Shown: positions 1 through 8,851 of the stretch, piece after piece
Position numbering within the stretch: the stretch's first letter is position 1
Layout of the letters: each line of letters starts with the position of its first letter
NCBI GenBank assembly: GCA_963703345.1
Contig: OY969814.1
Coordinates: forward strand, 1,184,001-1,248,000
DNA: 64,000 nucleotides
Reading direction: 5' to 3'
Source of the DNA: an uncultured Chloroflexia bacterium
GTDB lineage: Bacteria > Chloroflexota > Dehalococcoidia > DSTF01 > JALHUB01
Translations under genes and position numbers: made by a program
Notes under the pieces: model-generated
The model's input: the letters and a program-made list of their open reading frames with translations, nothing else
What the model was told of the DNA's origin: nothing
Database searches by the model: none

Positions 1-37
1 CTTCGGCGGCGGCGGGCTGGCGTCCTGCGCGTGGCAT
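1..37 (-). CDS. 5' end of a gene running off the left edge (MPRAGRQPAAAE...), product unknown
   Basis: Minus-strand AGGAGA Shine-Dalgarno followed by ATG at 37; only 12 codons visible. Confidence 0.35.
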   Translation of the reverse strand, partial: MPRAGRQPAAAE

Positions 38-154
38 GGGAGCGTCTCCTGTCGCTTGGCGATGGGCTTCCGCCACCCTGGCCCCTTGGGCTGCCGCGTG
101 GTGGACATCGATGCTGTTCTTCCCGCCCACCCACCCAGTGAAGTTAATCACGAA

Positions 155-209
155 TTTCAAAGGGGACACCCCTTTGAAACCCCGGCAGAAGGAGAAACTC
201 TCCTTCTGC
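155..209. repeat. REP-like tandem double hairpin
   Basis: tttcaaagggg-aca-cccctttgaaa (155-179) and gcagaaggaga-aac-tctccttctgc (185-209), both perfect 11-bp stems. Confidence 0.75.
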
Positions 210-441
210 ACTTCCTCTGTTTGCAGGTGACAGGGCCAGGATATATGTTCGAGGGAAGGTTGCCAAGGGATTGGTGGCACGTGAATGCGACGCCAGCGTG
301 GGGCAGGAAGGTCAAAGCATAGGGAAAGCCAACCCGACTGGGAAACCGAAGCCGGAGACGCCGAAGGTTTGAGCGTATTGTGCGGAAAATGTGAACGTAC
401 AAAAGAATCGCGTAACCCAGGACTAGAAGCCAAGGTCGCGC

Positions 442-1317
442 TTATAGCGGGCCCTCTGAATATGCTCTCTGAATGGCGTTCGCTTGGTCGCGCTTGACCT
501 TCGAGAGCAGATCATCGAAATAACGCTTGTCCGCTGTCCTGATATCCGCCTTTTTCCGCGTTAAGACCCTGAATGCCCGGGTTAGCTCGGCGTTCAGGTT
601 ATCGCATAGCTTGCGATTCCATACATAGGCATAAAGATCGGCTGCCTGGAGACCTGGCTCCTTCTCAGAGTCAGCAAACGTGAGATCGTTAAGCGCATCA
701 GTGTCGGTGTCCGCGTGATCCTTGAATGTATTAAAGGTCGCCAGTGCTCTAGCCTCGGATTCCCGTTTTCTGTCGAGGTATATGTGGATTTGGGAGTCGT
801 GGGCGGCCCTACATGCCAACAATGCCTCCACTAAGAATCCAGGGAACACGACGAAGTATGGTCGAGTTGGGGCGGACTCATGAGCCAACAGCTTCTGAGT
901 GACTTCAAACTGGTCTTCGTGCCATCGCGTCCTGGTCAAGAGAACAGCTCCGGTCAGAAACCGTCGCTCAATCTCCGAATAAGCGAAAAAATCTCGATTC
1001 TTGCAAGCTCCGCCCACAGGCTGTAGCTGATAGCGATGGATTGTGTCCAGTAGCCTAGTCAGGAGCGCTGCCGCCTTCTGCGGCTTCCATCCGTGATATG
1101 GACTCTCTGAACTTTGCCAAGTGGCCTTCTGGAAGAACTCCTTAGCATGGAATTCCCGCTGCTTGCCGTCCTTCGGCGGTGGCAGTATCTCTAGCGCGGA
1201 ATTCCAGTCGCGGCGAAACAACTTCCATTGATGCGGCGATGCGACGTAGCCGAGAATCAGAGTGAAGGGGGCGCCATCCTGTGATCCGCTGTCATCGCCG
1301 TAGGCATGGAGAGCCAT
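442..1317 (-). CDS. DUF3800 domain protein (RNase H-like fold)
   Basis: N-terminal AYGDDSG, EFHAKE, and C-terminal GLQAADLYAY motifs typical of DUF3800; GGAGG RBS before ATG 1317; lower GC than neighbours. Confidence 0.8.
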   Translation of the reverse strand: MALHAYGDDSGSQDGAPFTLILGYVASPHQWKLFRRDWNSALEILPPPKDGKQREFHAKEFFQKATWQSSESPYHGWKPQKAAALLTRLLDTIHRYQLQPVGGACKNRDFFAYSEIERRFLTGAVLLTRTRWHEDQFEVTQKLLAHESAPTRPYFVVFPGFLVEALLACRAAHDSQIHIYLDRKRESEARALATFNTFKDHADTDTDALNDLTFADSEKEPGLQAADLYAYVWNRKLCDNLNAELTRAFRVLTRKKADIRTADKRYFDDLLSKVKRDQANAIQRAYSEGPL

Positions 1318-1450
1318 AGCGATCAGGTGCCTCCCCTTGTGATATGGATACTCGCCCCTGCCAGTTACTAAGAGCATTTTGCACCGCGCAGGTTACTGAG
1401 GCAAGAATATTGTTGCCCTGGAAAGTCTCGGCTACGTGGTTGTTGGGGGG

Positions 1451-2293
1451 TTAGGCGAAGTGGGCGGCGAGGGCGCTATCCCAGGGGCGGAGGGTGATGC
1501 CGAGGCGCGCGCCGGCGTCGTTACGGAGAATGGTGTAGGGGGGTTTCGGCGGGTACGGGTTGTACTGCGCAAGCGTCGTCGGTTTGAGGGTGACGTCGCT
1601 GCGGCCGGCCAGTCGCAGGACCTCGCGCGCCCAGTCGAAGCGGGAGCACTCGCCGGCGTTGGTGAGGTGGTAGACGCCGTAGACGCCGGTGGCGACGAGA
1701 CGCGCAATCGCTTCTGCCAGGTCGCGGGCGTATGTGGGCGTTGCGACCTCGTCCGTCACTATCGTTAGCTCCGGCTGCTGCGACGCGGCGGCCAGCACCT
1801 TCGACGGGAAGTCTCGCTCGCCCCCACCCCACAGCCAGGCTGTTCGCACGACGTAGAGGCGGTCGACGAGCGAGTGCGCTTGCTCCTCGCCGGCCAGCTT
1901 GGAGCGGCCGTAGGAGTTGATTGGATTCGGCGCGTCCGACTCGACATAAGGCTCCCGCTTCGTTCCGTCGAAGACCTCGTTGGTGCTGACGTAGACGAGC
2001 GCCGCGCCCGTGTCGCGGCAGGCAAGGGCGACGTTGCGGGTGCCGAGGCCGTTCAGGCGAAGAGCGAGGTCGGGGTCGTCTTCGCAGAGGCGGGTGTCGG
2101 TCAGAGCGGCGGCGTGCACGACGACGTCCGGTCGCCCAGACGGGCAGGCTGCGGCTTCGATTGTGCGATGCGTCAGATCTTCGTCGGTGATGTCCAGCTC
2201 CGGCAGGTCGGCGCCGTCGACGACGTCGTTGGGAAAGGCGCGCATCATCTCCTGTCCGAGCTGGCCGCGATTGCCGGTGACGAAGATGCGCAT
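1451..2293 (-). CDS. rfbD: dTDP-4-dehydrorhamnose reductase
   Basis: VTGNRGQLG, STNEVFDG, YGRSKLAGE, TPTY motifs. Confidence 0.93.
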   Translation of the reverse strand: MRIFVTGNRGQLGQEMMRAFPNDVVDGADLPELDITDEDLTHRTIEAAACPSGRPDVVVHAAALTDTRLCEDDPDLALRLNGLGTRNVALACRDTGAALVYVSTNEVFDGTKREPYVESDAPNPINSYGRSKLAGEEQAHSLVDRLYVVRTAWLWGGGERDFPSKVLAAASQQPELTIVTDEVATPTYARDLAEAIARLVATGVYGVYHLTNAGECSRFDWAREVLRLAGRSDVTLKPTTLAQYNPYPPKPPYTILRNDAGARLGITLRPWDSALAAHFA

Positions 2294-2294
2294 G

Positions 2295-3344
2295 TCAGGC
2301 GGGCGGAGCGCTGCTGGAAGAGGCGAGGCGGGCGGCGTACTGGCGGTCGTAGTAGGCGCGGAAGGCGCCCGACTTGATCTTCTCCCACCAGCGCCGGTTG
2401 GCGACGTACCAGTCGACGGTCTCGTCGATGCAGGCGGCGAAGTCGTGGCGCGGCGACCAGCCGAGGGCGCGGACCTTGTCGAAGTCGAGGGCGTAGCGGC
2501 GGTCGTGGCCCGGGCGGTCGTCGACGAAGCGTATGAGGCTGCGCGGCTTGCCCAGGCGGTCGAGGATCGCTTCGACGACGTCCATGTTCGGGCGCTCGTT
2601 GCCGGCGCCGACGTTGTAGATTTCGCCGGGCGCGCCTTCGTGCAGCAGCAGGTCCAGCGCCTCGCAGTTGTCCTTCACGAACAGCCAGTCGCGCACCTGG
2701 CGGCCGTCGCCGTAGACGGGCAGCGGCTGGTCGTCCAGCGCGTTGGAGATGAAAAGCGGCGCCATCTTCTCCGGGTACTGGTTGGGGCCGATGTTGTTGC
2801 AGGGCCGGGCGATGACGACCGGCAGGCGGTGGGTCTCGATGAAGGCGATGCACTGCATGTCGCCGCCGGCCTTGCTCGCGGAGTAGGGGCTGCGCGGATG
2901 GAGCGCGTCGGTCTCTATGGAGCGGTGGGGCGCGGGGACTTCGCCGTAGACCTCGTCGGTCGAGATGTGGAGGACGCGCTCGATGCGGTCGCCGGCAGCG
3001 GCGACGGCGGAGAGCAGGCAGTAGGCGCCGTAGACGTCGGTCTGGATGAAGGGCGCCGGTTCGAGAAGGGAGCGGTCAACGTGGCTCTCCGCGGCGAAGT
3101 TGACGACGGCGTCGGCCTCGGCGACAAGCCGTCCGACAAGCTCGGCGTTGCAGATGTCGCCCTTCACGAAGCGGTAGCGCTTGCCGAGCGGCCCGCCCTC
3201 GACGTCCATCAGGTTGTCGGGATTGCCGGCGTAGGTCAGTTTGTCCAGGTTGACGATCTCATAGCCGTCGTATTTCGTCAGGACGTGGCGGATGAAATGG
3301 CTTCCGATGAAGCCGGCGCCGCCCGTGACGAGAATCCTGCGCAT
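2295..3344 (-). CDS. rfbB: dTDP-glucose 4,6-dehydratase
   Basis: VTGGAGFIGS, DKLTYAGN, AAESHVDRS, STDEVYG, YSASK, RPGHDRRY. Confidence 0.95.
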   Translation of the reverse strand: MRRILVTGGAGFIGSHFIRHVLTKYDGYEIVNLDKLTYAGNPDNLMDVEGGPLGKRYRFVKGDICNAELVGRLVAEADAVVNFAAESHVDRSLLEPAPFIQTDVYGAYCLLSAVAAAGDRIERVLHISTDEVYGEVPAPHRSIETDALHPRSPYSASKAGGDMQCIAFIETHRLPVVIARPCNNIGPNQYPEKMAPLFISNALDDQPLPVYGDGRQVRDWLFVKDNCEALDLLLHEGAPGEIYNVGAGNERPNMDVVEAILDRLGKPRSLIRFVDDRPGHDRRYALDFDKVRALGWSPRHDFAACIDETVDWYVANRRWWEKIKSGAFRAYYDRQYAARLASSSSAPPA

Positions 3345-3352
3345 GTCCGCTC

Positions 3353-4429
3353 CTAAGGGATCCGCACGCGGCTGAAGTCGCCGAGGACGAGCGTGCAGCT
3401 CCGGGGCTTGCCGTCGGCGCCGCGGAGGTCAACGTTGCGGCCGATAAGGCTGTCCTGGATGCGCGCGCCGATGCCCGAGATGACCGTGTTCTCCATCACC
3501 ACGCTCTGCTCGATCTCGGCGTCTTCGATGAGACAATCGTGGTAGACCGACGTGAAGGGGCCGACGTAGGAGTTGACGACGCGCGTCCGCTCGCCGATTA
3601 TCGTCGGGCCGCGGACGGTGCTGTTGACGATTTCGCAGCCTCTTTCGAGAACCACGCGTCCCTCCACGCGCGAGGCCTCGTCGACGCTGCCGGCGCTCGA
3701 GGGCTCGAGGCCTTCGAGTATCAGGCGGTTCGCCTCGAGGAGGTCGCTCATCTTGCCGGTGTCGATCCAGCAGCCGCCGGCGACCTCGCAGCGCACGTCG
3801 TGCCCGTGGTCGATGAGGTACTGGATGGTGTCCGTTATCTCCAGCTCGCCGCGGGCGGACGGCTTGATGGCGTTCACGGCCGTGAAGACGGTGCGGTCGA
3901 AGAGGTAGATGCCGATCACGGCCAGGTTCGAGGGCGGGTCCTTCGGCTTCTCGACGACGCGCAGCAGGCGGCCGTCGCGCAGCTCCGCGACGCCGAAGTC
4001 CTGCGGGTTCTTGACGGGATAGAGCAGTATCTGGCCCGCCGGAGGCGGGTCGCAGCGGCAGAAGCGGTCCACGAAGGGGACGATGCCTTCGCGGAGGAAG
4101 TTGTCGCCGAGGAAGAGGACGAAGGGGTCGTCGCCGAGGAAGTCGCGGGCGATCTTGACGGCGTGGGCGATGCCGAGCGGCGCTTCCTGCTCGATGTAGG
4201 TGACGCGGACGCCGAATCGACTGCCGTCGCCGACGGCCGCTCGCACCTGGTCCTTCGTGTCGCCGACGACGATGCCGATCTCCTTGACGCCGCACTCGAC
4301 GAGGTTCTCGATTGCGTAGAAGAGGATGGGCTTGTTGGCGATGGGCACGAGCTGTTTGGCGCCGGTGTAGGTGAAGGGGCGCAGGCGGCTGCCCTGGCCG
4401 CCGCTGAGGATGAGGCCTTTCAGCGCCAT
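3353..4429 (-). CDS. rfbA: Glucose-1-phosphate thymidylyltransferase, long form with C-terminal hexapeptide domain
   Basis: LSGGQGSRLRPFTYTGAKQLVPIANKP, LGDN, EKP, RGELEITD, WIDTG; likely start MALKG at 4429. Confidence 0.93.
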   Translation of the reverse strand: MALKGLILSGGQGSRLRPFTYTGAKQLVPIANKPILFYAIENLVECGVKEIGIVVGDTKDQVRAAVGDGSRFGVRVTYIEQEAPLGIAHAVKIARDFLGDDPFVLFLGDNFLREGIVPFVDRFCRCDPPPAGQILLYPVKNPQDFGVAELRDGRLLRVVEKPKDPPSNLAVIGIYLFDRTVFTAVNAIKPSARGELEITDTIQYLIDHGHDVRCEVAGGCWIDTGKMSDLLEANRLILEGLEPSSAGSVDEASRVEGRVVLERGCEIVNSTVRGPTIIGERTRVVNSYVGPFTSVYHDCLIEDAEIEQSVVMENTVISGIGARIQDSLIGRNVDLRGADGKPRSCTLVLGDFSRVRIP

Positions 4430-4632
4430 GGGAAGATCGAGCATTGCCGGGCGACTCCCGTCCGCAAGTCCGGGCATCAGGTACAGGCTATTGTAAACCG
4501 CCTCTGTGGGGTCGGCAACTCGGGGAATTGCCTTCGGTTGTGGCCGGCTTGCCGCGAAGGGGGTGGGACAAGGGCTCGCGGGACCGAAGACCAGTGCCTG
4601 CGATCTCGTGGATGGGGACAGCGATTCGACTA

Positions 4633-4839
4633 TCACATGAAGGTTACACTAGCCTCGGGGATCTCGTGATATCCGACTACCTCGCTTAGTCTGTAACGCC
4701 CCAATACCTTTTCGCCTTCATACAGTGTCAGCCACCTTCCGGCTACGGTATCCTCGTTGTAATCTTCTGTCTTGTACGAGTCGCAATTGATATCGATGGG
4801 TTCCTTTCGGCTTCTAAGTTCGATCCGCAGCGTGATCAT
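4633..4839 (-). CDS. Small hypothetical protein (68 aa), low GC
   Basis: ORF with GAAGGGAG RBS and its own sigma70-like promoter just upstream. Confidence 0.6.
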   Translation of the reverse strand: MITLRIELRSRKEPIDINCDSYKTEDYNEDTVAGRWLTLYEGEKVLGRYRLSEVVGYHEIPEASVTFM

Positions 4840-4873
4840 TCAACCTGCGCTCCCTTCTTGCCATATGTGGTGA

Positions 4874-4901
4874 AGTGTAGCACATGAGTTCGAGATGTCA
4901 A
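4874..4901 (-). promoter_or_regulatory. Sigma70-type promoter TTGACA-N16-TACACT with TG extension
   Basis: Read on the minus strand upstream of the 4633-4839 ORF. Confidence 0.6.
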
Positions 4902-4935
4902 GCATCTTTTGCCGGTCGGATGCTTGATGTGCCCA

Positions 4936-6324
4936 TCAAGTGATTCTCTCGTGCTCCAGAAGCTCCTTGACCGTGATGGGCACGATGTCCAGACCGTCGT
5001 GTTGATTGGCGCGTTTAATCTCCTTCATGGAGTCAGAGCTGAATCCGAAGGCTATGAAGTAGCCGCGCAGGCGCTTATCGCGGCGCATGGCTGTCTCGAA
5101 GTTGTCAATATCCGGACGGCCAGCGCGATCCTGTTGCTTGACCTGAATCGGATACCACCTGTCAAGCGTTTCGAAGAAATCCCCTTTTCTTCCCTTTTCT
5201 ATGTCAGCCAGGTAGAGGCGACCGTCGATGCCGTAGTCGCCCACCTTGACCTCGTTGGGTATGCCGCCAAGAGCGATGACCGCCCAGTTTTCAAACTCTC
5301 TATGAGGTATACGCCGGAGATCATCCTCGGTCTTAGGCATATCGATTAGCCTGAAGTCGATGCCCTCTTTAAGACCTAGCCGCTTATCGAGTCTTTGGGC
5401 CATGACTCTGCAAGCTGTAGGCGACATATCAATGCCGATCCACCGGCGCTTGGACTTTGCAGCAGCCTCCAGCGTAGTGCCACATCCGCAGAAGGCATCG
5501 AGCACGATATCCCCCTCGTTCGAACTCGCCTTGACGATCCGCTCCAAGAGCGCCAACGGCTTTTGTGTCGGGTAACCCAATCCCTCGCTTGACCAAGAAA
5601 CAATTGGAAGGATGTCAGTCCAGATTGACTGAAGGGGTGTGCCGGGCAGCTCATCTAGGTAGCGTTTGTACCGCGGAATGCCCCTCTTGGTGTAGAAGAT
5701 GCGTCCCTCCGCTTCCAGCTTTTCCATGTTTACGAGGGTGAATCGCCAATTGCGCGTGATCCCTTTCCACTCATACCGAGGGCCACGTCCTCCCGGAGCC
5801 GTCAGATCGTCAGAACGAAAGCGACCGCGCTGGTCATGATATCGGAAGTACCGCTCGACATAGATCGGATCGTACTCGGTATATTCAGGATTCCATGTAA
5901 ACTGGTTGGACTTGGTGTAAAACAGGATCGTGTCGTGCAGGTGACCGTATCGCCCAGCGTCGCTGTGAGCTGTCTGCCGCTTCCAGACAATCTCGTTCTG
6001 GAAGTTGTTGAAACTGAAGACCCGGTCTAGTTCCACCTTGATGTAGTGGGAGGCATGCCAATCACAGTGATAGTAGAAGCTCCCCGTTGTCTTTAGAACG
6101 CGGTGAAGCTCCCGTATGCGAGGTCGCATCCAGTCCAGATATGTCATAGCGTCGCCAAAGCGATCCTCGAAGGCCCGCCGTTCCTGCGCCTCACCCCAGA
6201 AGACCTCGTAGTTTCGGCTGCTGTTGAACGGCGGGTCAAGGTAGACGAGGTCAACCGATTCGTCTGGGATATAGTTCGGCATCACCTCAAGGTTGTCGCC
6301 GCAGTAGATAACGTTCGTCTCCAT
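4936..6324 (-). CDS. Beta-class N6/N4 DNA methyltransferase fused to a C-terminal Mrr-like PD-(D/E)xK endonuclease domain
   Basis: YLDPPFNS (motif IV), YPTQKP, DAFCGCGTT (motif I); C-terminal EFENW, DYGIDG, IQVKQ; start METNVIYCGDNL at 6324. Confidence 0.88.
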   Translation of the reverse strand: METNVIYCGDNLEVMPNYIPDESVDLVYLDPPFNSSRNYEVFWGEAQERRAFEDRFGDAMTYLDWMRPRIRELHRVLKTTGSFYYHCDWHASHYIKVELDRVFSFNNFQNEIVWKRQTAHSDAGRYGHLHDTILFYTKSNQFTWNPEYTEYDPIYVERYFRYHDQRGRFRSDDLTAPGGRGPRYEWKGITRNWRFTLVNMEKLEAEGRIFYTKRGIPRYKRYLDELPGTPLQSIWTDILPIVSWSSEGLGYPTQKPLALLERIVKASSNEGDIVLDAFCGCGTTLEAAAKSKRRWIGIDMSPTACRVMAQRLDKRLGLKEGIDFRLIDMPKTEDDLRRIPHREFENWAVIALGGIPNEVKVGDYGIDGRLYLADIEKGRKGDFFETLDRWYPIQVKQQDRAGRPDIDNFETAMRRDKRLRGYFIAFGFSSDSMKEIKRANQHDGLDIVPITVKELLEHERIT

Positions 6325-6496
6325 GTTGGGCCAGATTATACACTGCTCCACCGTCAGGTGGCAGTCGCAGAGGTGCCACACACTCACGAGCTCCCATCAG
6401 CAGGATCGTGGGAAACGGGCTGCCCGTCATAGCGGGCCGCGTCGGGGTGTCACTTCTGCCTTGGAAACGGCGCGCAACGGCGCTACAATCGCCGAC

Positions 6497-7498
6497 ATGC
6501 TGTCCGGCAAGTGGGTGTGGGTGTGGAACTGGCGACGCTGCCTCAACGGCGACGCCGTCGCTGTCGCCCGCCGACTGAAGGACGCCGGCTGCCGCGGCGC
6601 CATCGTCAAGAGCGACGACGGCGGGCACGCGTTCGAGCAGGGGCGTCCCGTCTCGGAGATCGTCCAGTCGCTGCAGAGCGAAGGCCTCATGGCCGGCCTG
6701 TGGGGGTACGTCTACGGCTGCGATAGCCCAACGGTCATCTACGGCGACCTCAAGCGCACGGCGTCGGATGAGGCGGCCGTCGCGGCGCGCTTCATCACGG
6801 AGCGGCCGAACGCGACATGTCGAGGGCCCGACCTCTACGTGATCGACGTCGAAGCGGAGTACGAGTATCAGCCCGCGGATCCCGCGGCGACGGCCGAGCG
6901 CTACCTTTCGCAACTCCGCGGCGCCGTCGGGCCCGACTTCCCGCTGCTCTACGCGCCGCTGCCGCAGCCCAACTACCATCGTGGCCTGCCATATCGCGCG
7001 TTCCAGCGGTACTGCCAGGGCGTCGTGCCGCAGGCGTACCACAACGCGATGCAGGTGTCGCCGGAACGGGCCATCGCGCTCTGCTACGACGCTTTCGCCG
7101 CCGAAGGGCTCGTCCAGGTGCCGCTTGCGCCGGTCGGTGGCGCCTACGGCTCCGTGACGCCGGACGAGCTGACGCGCTGGGCAGGGGCCGCCATCGAACG
7201 CGGCGCGACGATGCTCTCCTGGTGGAGCTTCGAGCACATCGAAAGCGACTGCCCCGCGCTCTGGGACGCCATCGCCGCTGTCGACCTCCCTGGAAAGGAT
7301 GAAACTAACGTGGACGACGAAACGAAGAAGACTGCCGACGCCAACGCCTTCCGACAGCGCATCGCCGGGCTCATCCTGAGCGGCGACCCGGAGCTGGCAG
7401 ACCGCGCCTACCGCGAGCTGCAGTACGTCCGCGCCCTGGCCGGCCAGGCCGCTACTGCGACCGACAACAAGGCCCCCTCTGCCCCATCGCCAAGCTAG
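6497..7498 (+). CDS. Putative GH25/lysozyme-like TIM-barrel glycoside hydrolase with a short C-terminal helical domain
   Basis: WVWVW start, IVKSDDG, GLWGYVY, VIDVEAEYE (DxE), PQAY, SWWS; TACAAT 7 nt before ATG suggests a leaderless transcript. Confidence 0.55.
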   Translation: MLSGKWVWVWNWRRCLNGDAVAVARRLKDAGCRGAIVKSDDGGHAFEQGRPVSEIVQSLQSEGLMAGLWGYVYGCDSPTVIYGDLKRTASDEAAVAARFITERPNATCRGPDLYVIDVEAEYEYQPADPAATAERYLSQLRGAVGPDFPLLYAPLPQPNYHRGLPYRAFQRYCQGVVPQAYHNAMQVSPERAIALCYDAFAAEGLVQVPLAPVGGAYGSVTPDELTRWAGAAIERGATMLSWWSFEHIESDCPALWDAIAAVDLPGKDETNVDDETKKTADANAFRQRIAGLILSGDPELADRAYRELQYVRALAGQAATATDNKAPSAPSPS

Positions 7499-7594
7499 AC
7501 TAGGCGCCTCCACCTCCTGTAAGATACCGGAGTGTGGCTTCCCCGCGCCTGATTCGCCCGATCACCCCCCGGCGCGAAGCCCAGGAGCAACCGG

Positions 7595-8851
7595 ATGAAG
7601 ATCGCTTTCATCATGTACCAGGGGAACATGTTCTCCGGTGGGCAGGGGATCTACACCTACTACCTCACGCGCGAGCTCGCTCGGATGGGCCACGAAGTGC
7701 ACGTCATCGCCGGTCCGCCCTACCCGGAGACCGACGACGCGGTCACGCTTCACAACGTCAAGACCGAGAGCTACTGGAGCCTCTACCACAACCGCCGCAA
7801 CTTCATGCACGAGCGACATCCGCTCACTCACTTCCATCCCGTCAACTTCTACGAGTTCGCCTCGACGCGCATCGCTCTCTCGTCACTTCTCCTCACGTTC
7901 AGCGTGCGCGCCTACGTCAAGATCAAGGAGCTGATGCCGGAGACGCAGTTCGACATCGTCCACGACAACCAGACTCTGAGCTACGGCATACTGCTCATGA
8001 GAACGTTGGGGCTGCCCACCGTCGCAACAATCCATCACCCGCTCTCTGTCGACCTGCACAACAGCATCCTGCAGTCGCGCTCCATCTACGAGATGGCGCG
8101 TCGCTATCTGTGGTTCCCCTGGATCATGCAGGAAGTGACCGCGCGACGAATGGACCGCATCATCACCGTCTCGCAGAACACGACCCGCGCCATCGAGCGC
8201 ATGTTCCACGTCCCGCGCGAGCTCATGACCTGCGTCTACAACGGCATCGATACCGAGCGCTTTCGTCCCCTGCCTGAAGTGCCGGAGTCGCCGAACACCA
8301 TCCTCTTCAACACGAACTCCGAGGACCGCAACAAGGGCGCCGTCTACCTCTTCGACGCGCTGCGCATCCTGCGCGACCAGGGGGTGCCCTTCCACCTGAT
8401 CATCGTTGACAACGACCGCCGGAGCTTGAAGCTGGCGCCGGAGCTGGTGCGAAGCTATGGCCTCAGCACCCACGTCACCTTCATCGGCCGCGTCTCCAAC
8501 GAGGAGCTGCTGAACCTGTACAATCGCGCCACCATCCTCGCTTCGCCGTCGCTGTACGAGGGGTTCGGCCTTCCCGCTGCCGAGGCGATGGCCTGCGAGA
8601 AGGCGGTCCTGGCTACGACCGCTCCGGCTTTCCCCGAGGTGATGGAGCACGGAAGGACGGGCTGGCTGGTTACTCCCGCCGACGGGCCGGCGCTCGCGGA
8701 GGGCATACAACTACTCCTGGAAAACGCCGATCTACGGCGTCGACTGGGGAAGGCGGCGCGCCAGAGTATCATCGAGCGCTTCAACTGGCGCAAGAACGCC
8801 GAACAGGTCCTCGAGGTCTACGAGGAGGCAATCGCCAAGCGGAGGGGATGA
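7595..8851 (+). CDS. Glycosyltransferase family 4 (GT-B), paralog 1
   Basis: SGGQG, GHEVHV, HDNQTL, NKG, PSLYEGFGLPAAEAMAC. Confidence 0.92.
   Translation: MKIAFIMYQGNMFSGGQGIYTYYLTRELARMGHEVHVIAGPPYPETDDAVTLHNVKTESYWSLYHNRRNFMHERHPLTHFHPVNFYEFASTRIALSSLLLTFSVRAYVKIKELMPETQFDIVHDNQTLSYGILLMRTLGLPTVATIHHPLSVDLHNSILQSRSIYEMARRYLWFPWIMQEVTARRMDRIITVSQNTTRAIERMFHVPRELMTCVYNGIDTERFRPLPEVPESPNTILFNTNSEDRNKGAVYLFDALRILRDQGVPFHLIIVDNDRRSLKLAPELVRSYGLSTHVTFIGRVSNEELLNLYNRATILASPSLYEGFGLPAAEAMACEKAVLATTAPAFPEVMEHGRTGWLVTPADGPALAEGIQLLLENADLRRRLGKAARQSIIERFNWRKNAEQVLEVYEEAIAKRRG

Noticed and set aside
36-497. Short ORFs near the left edge, including one with LCGKC
   Set aside because: No recognisable domain or RBS; they overlap the hairpin element or the DUF3800 3' end
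2010-4669. Long plus-strand ORFs (448 aa, 376 aa) and similar shadow ORFs across the window
   Set aside because: Antisense shadows of high-GC genes with clear motifs on the other strand
8849-8851. Selenocysteine at the TGA between GT1 and methyltransferase 1
   Set aside because: It falls in an inter-domain position with no Cys-equivalent role, and no clear SECIS hairpin follows
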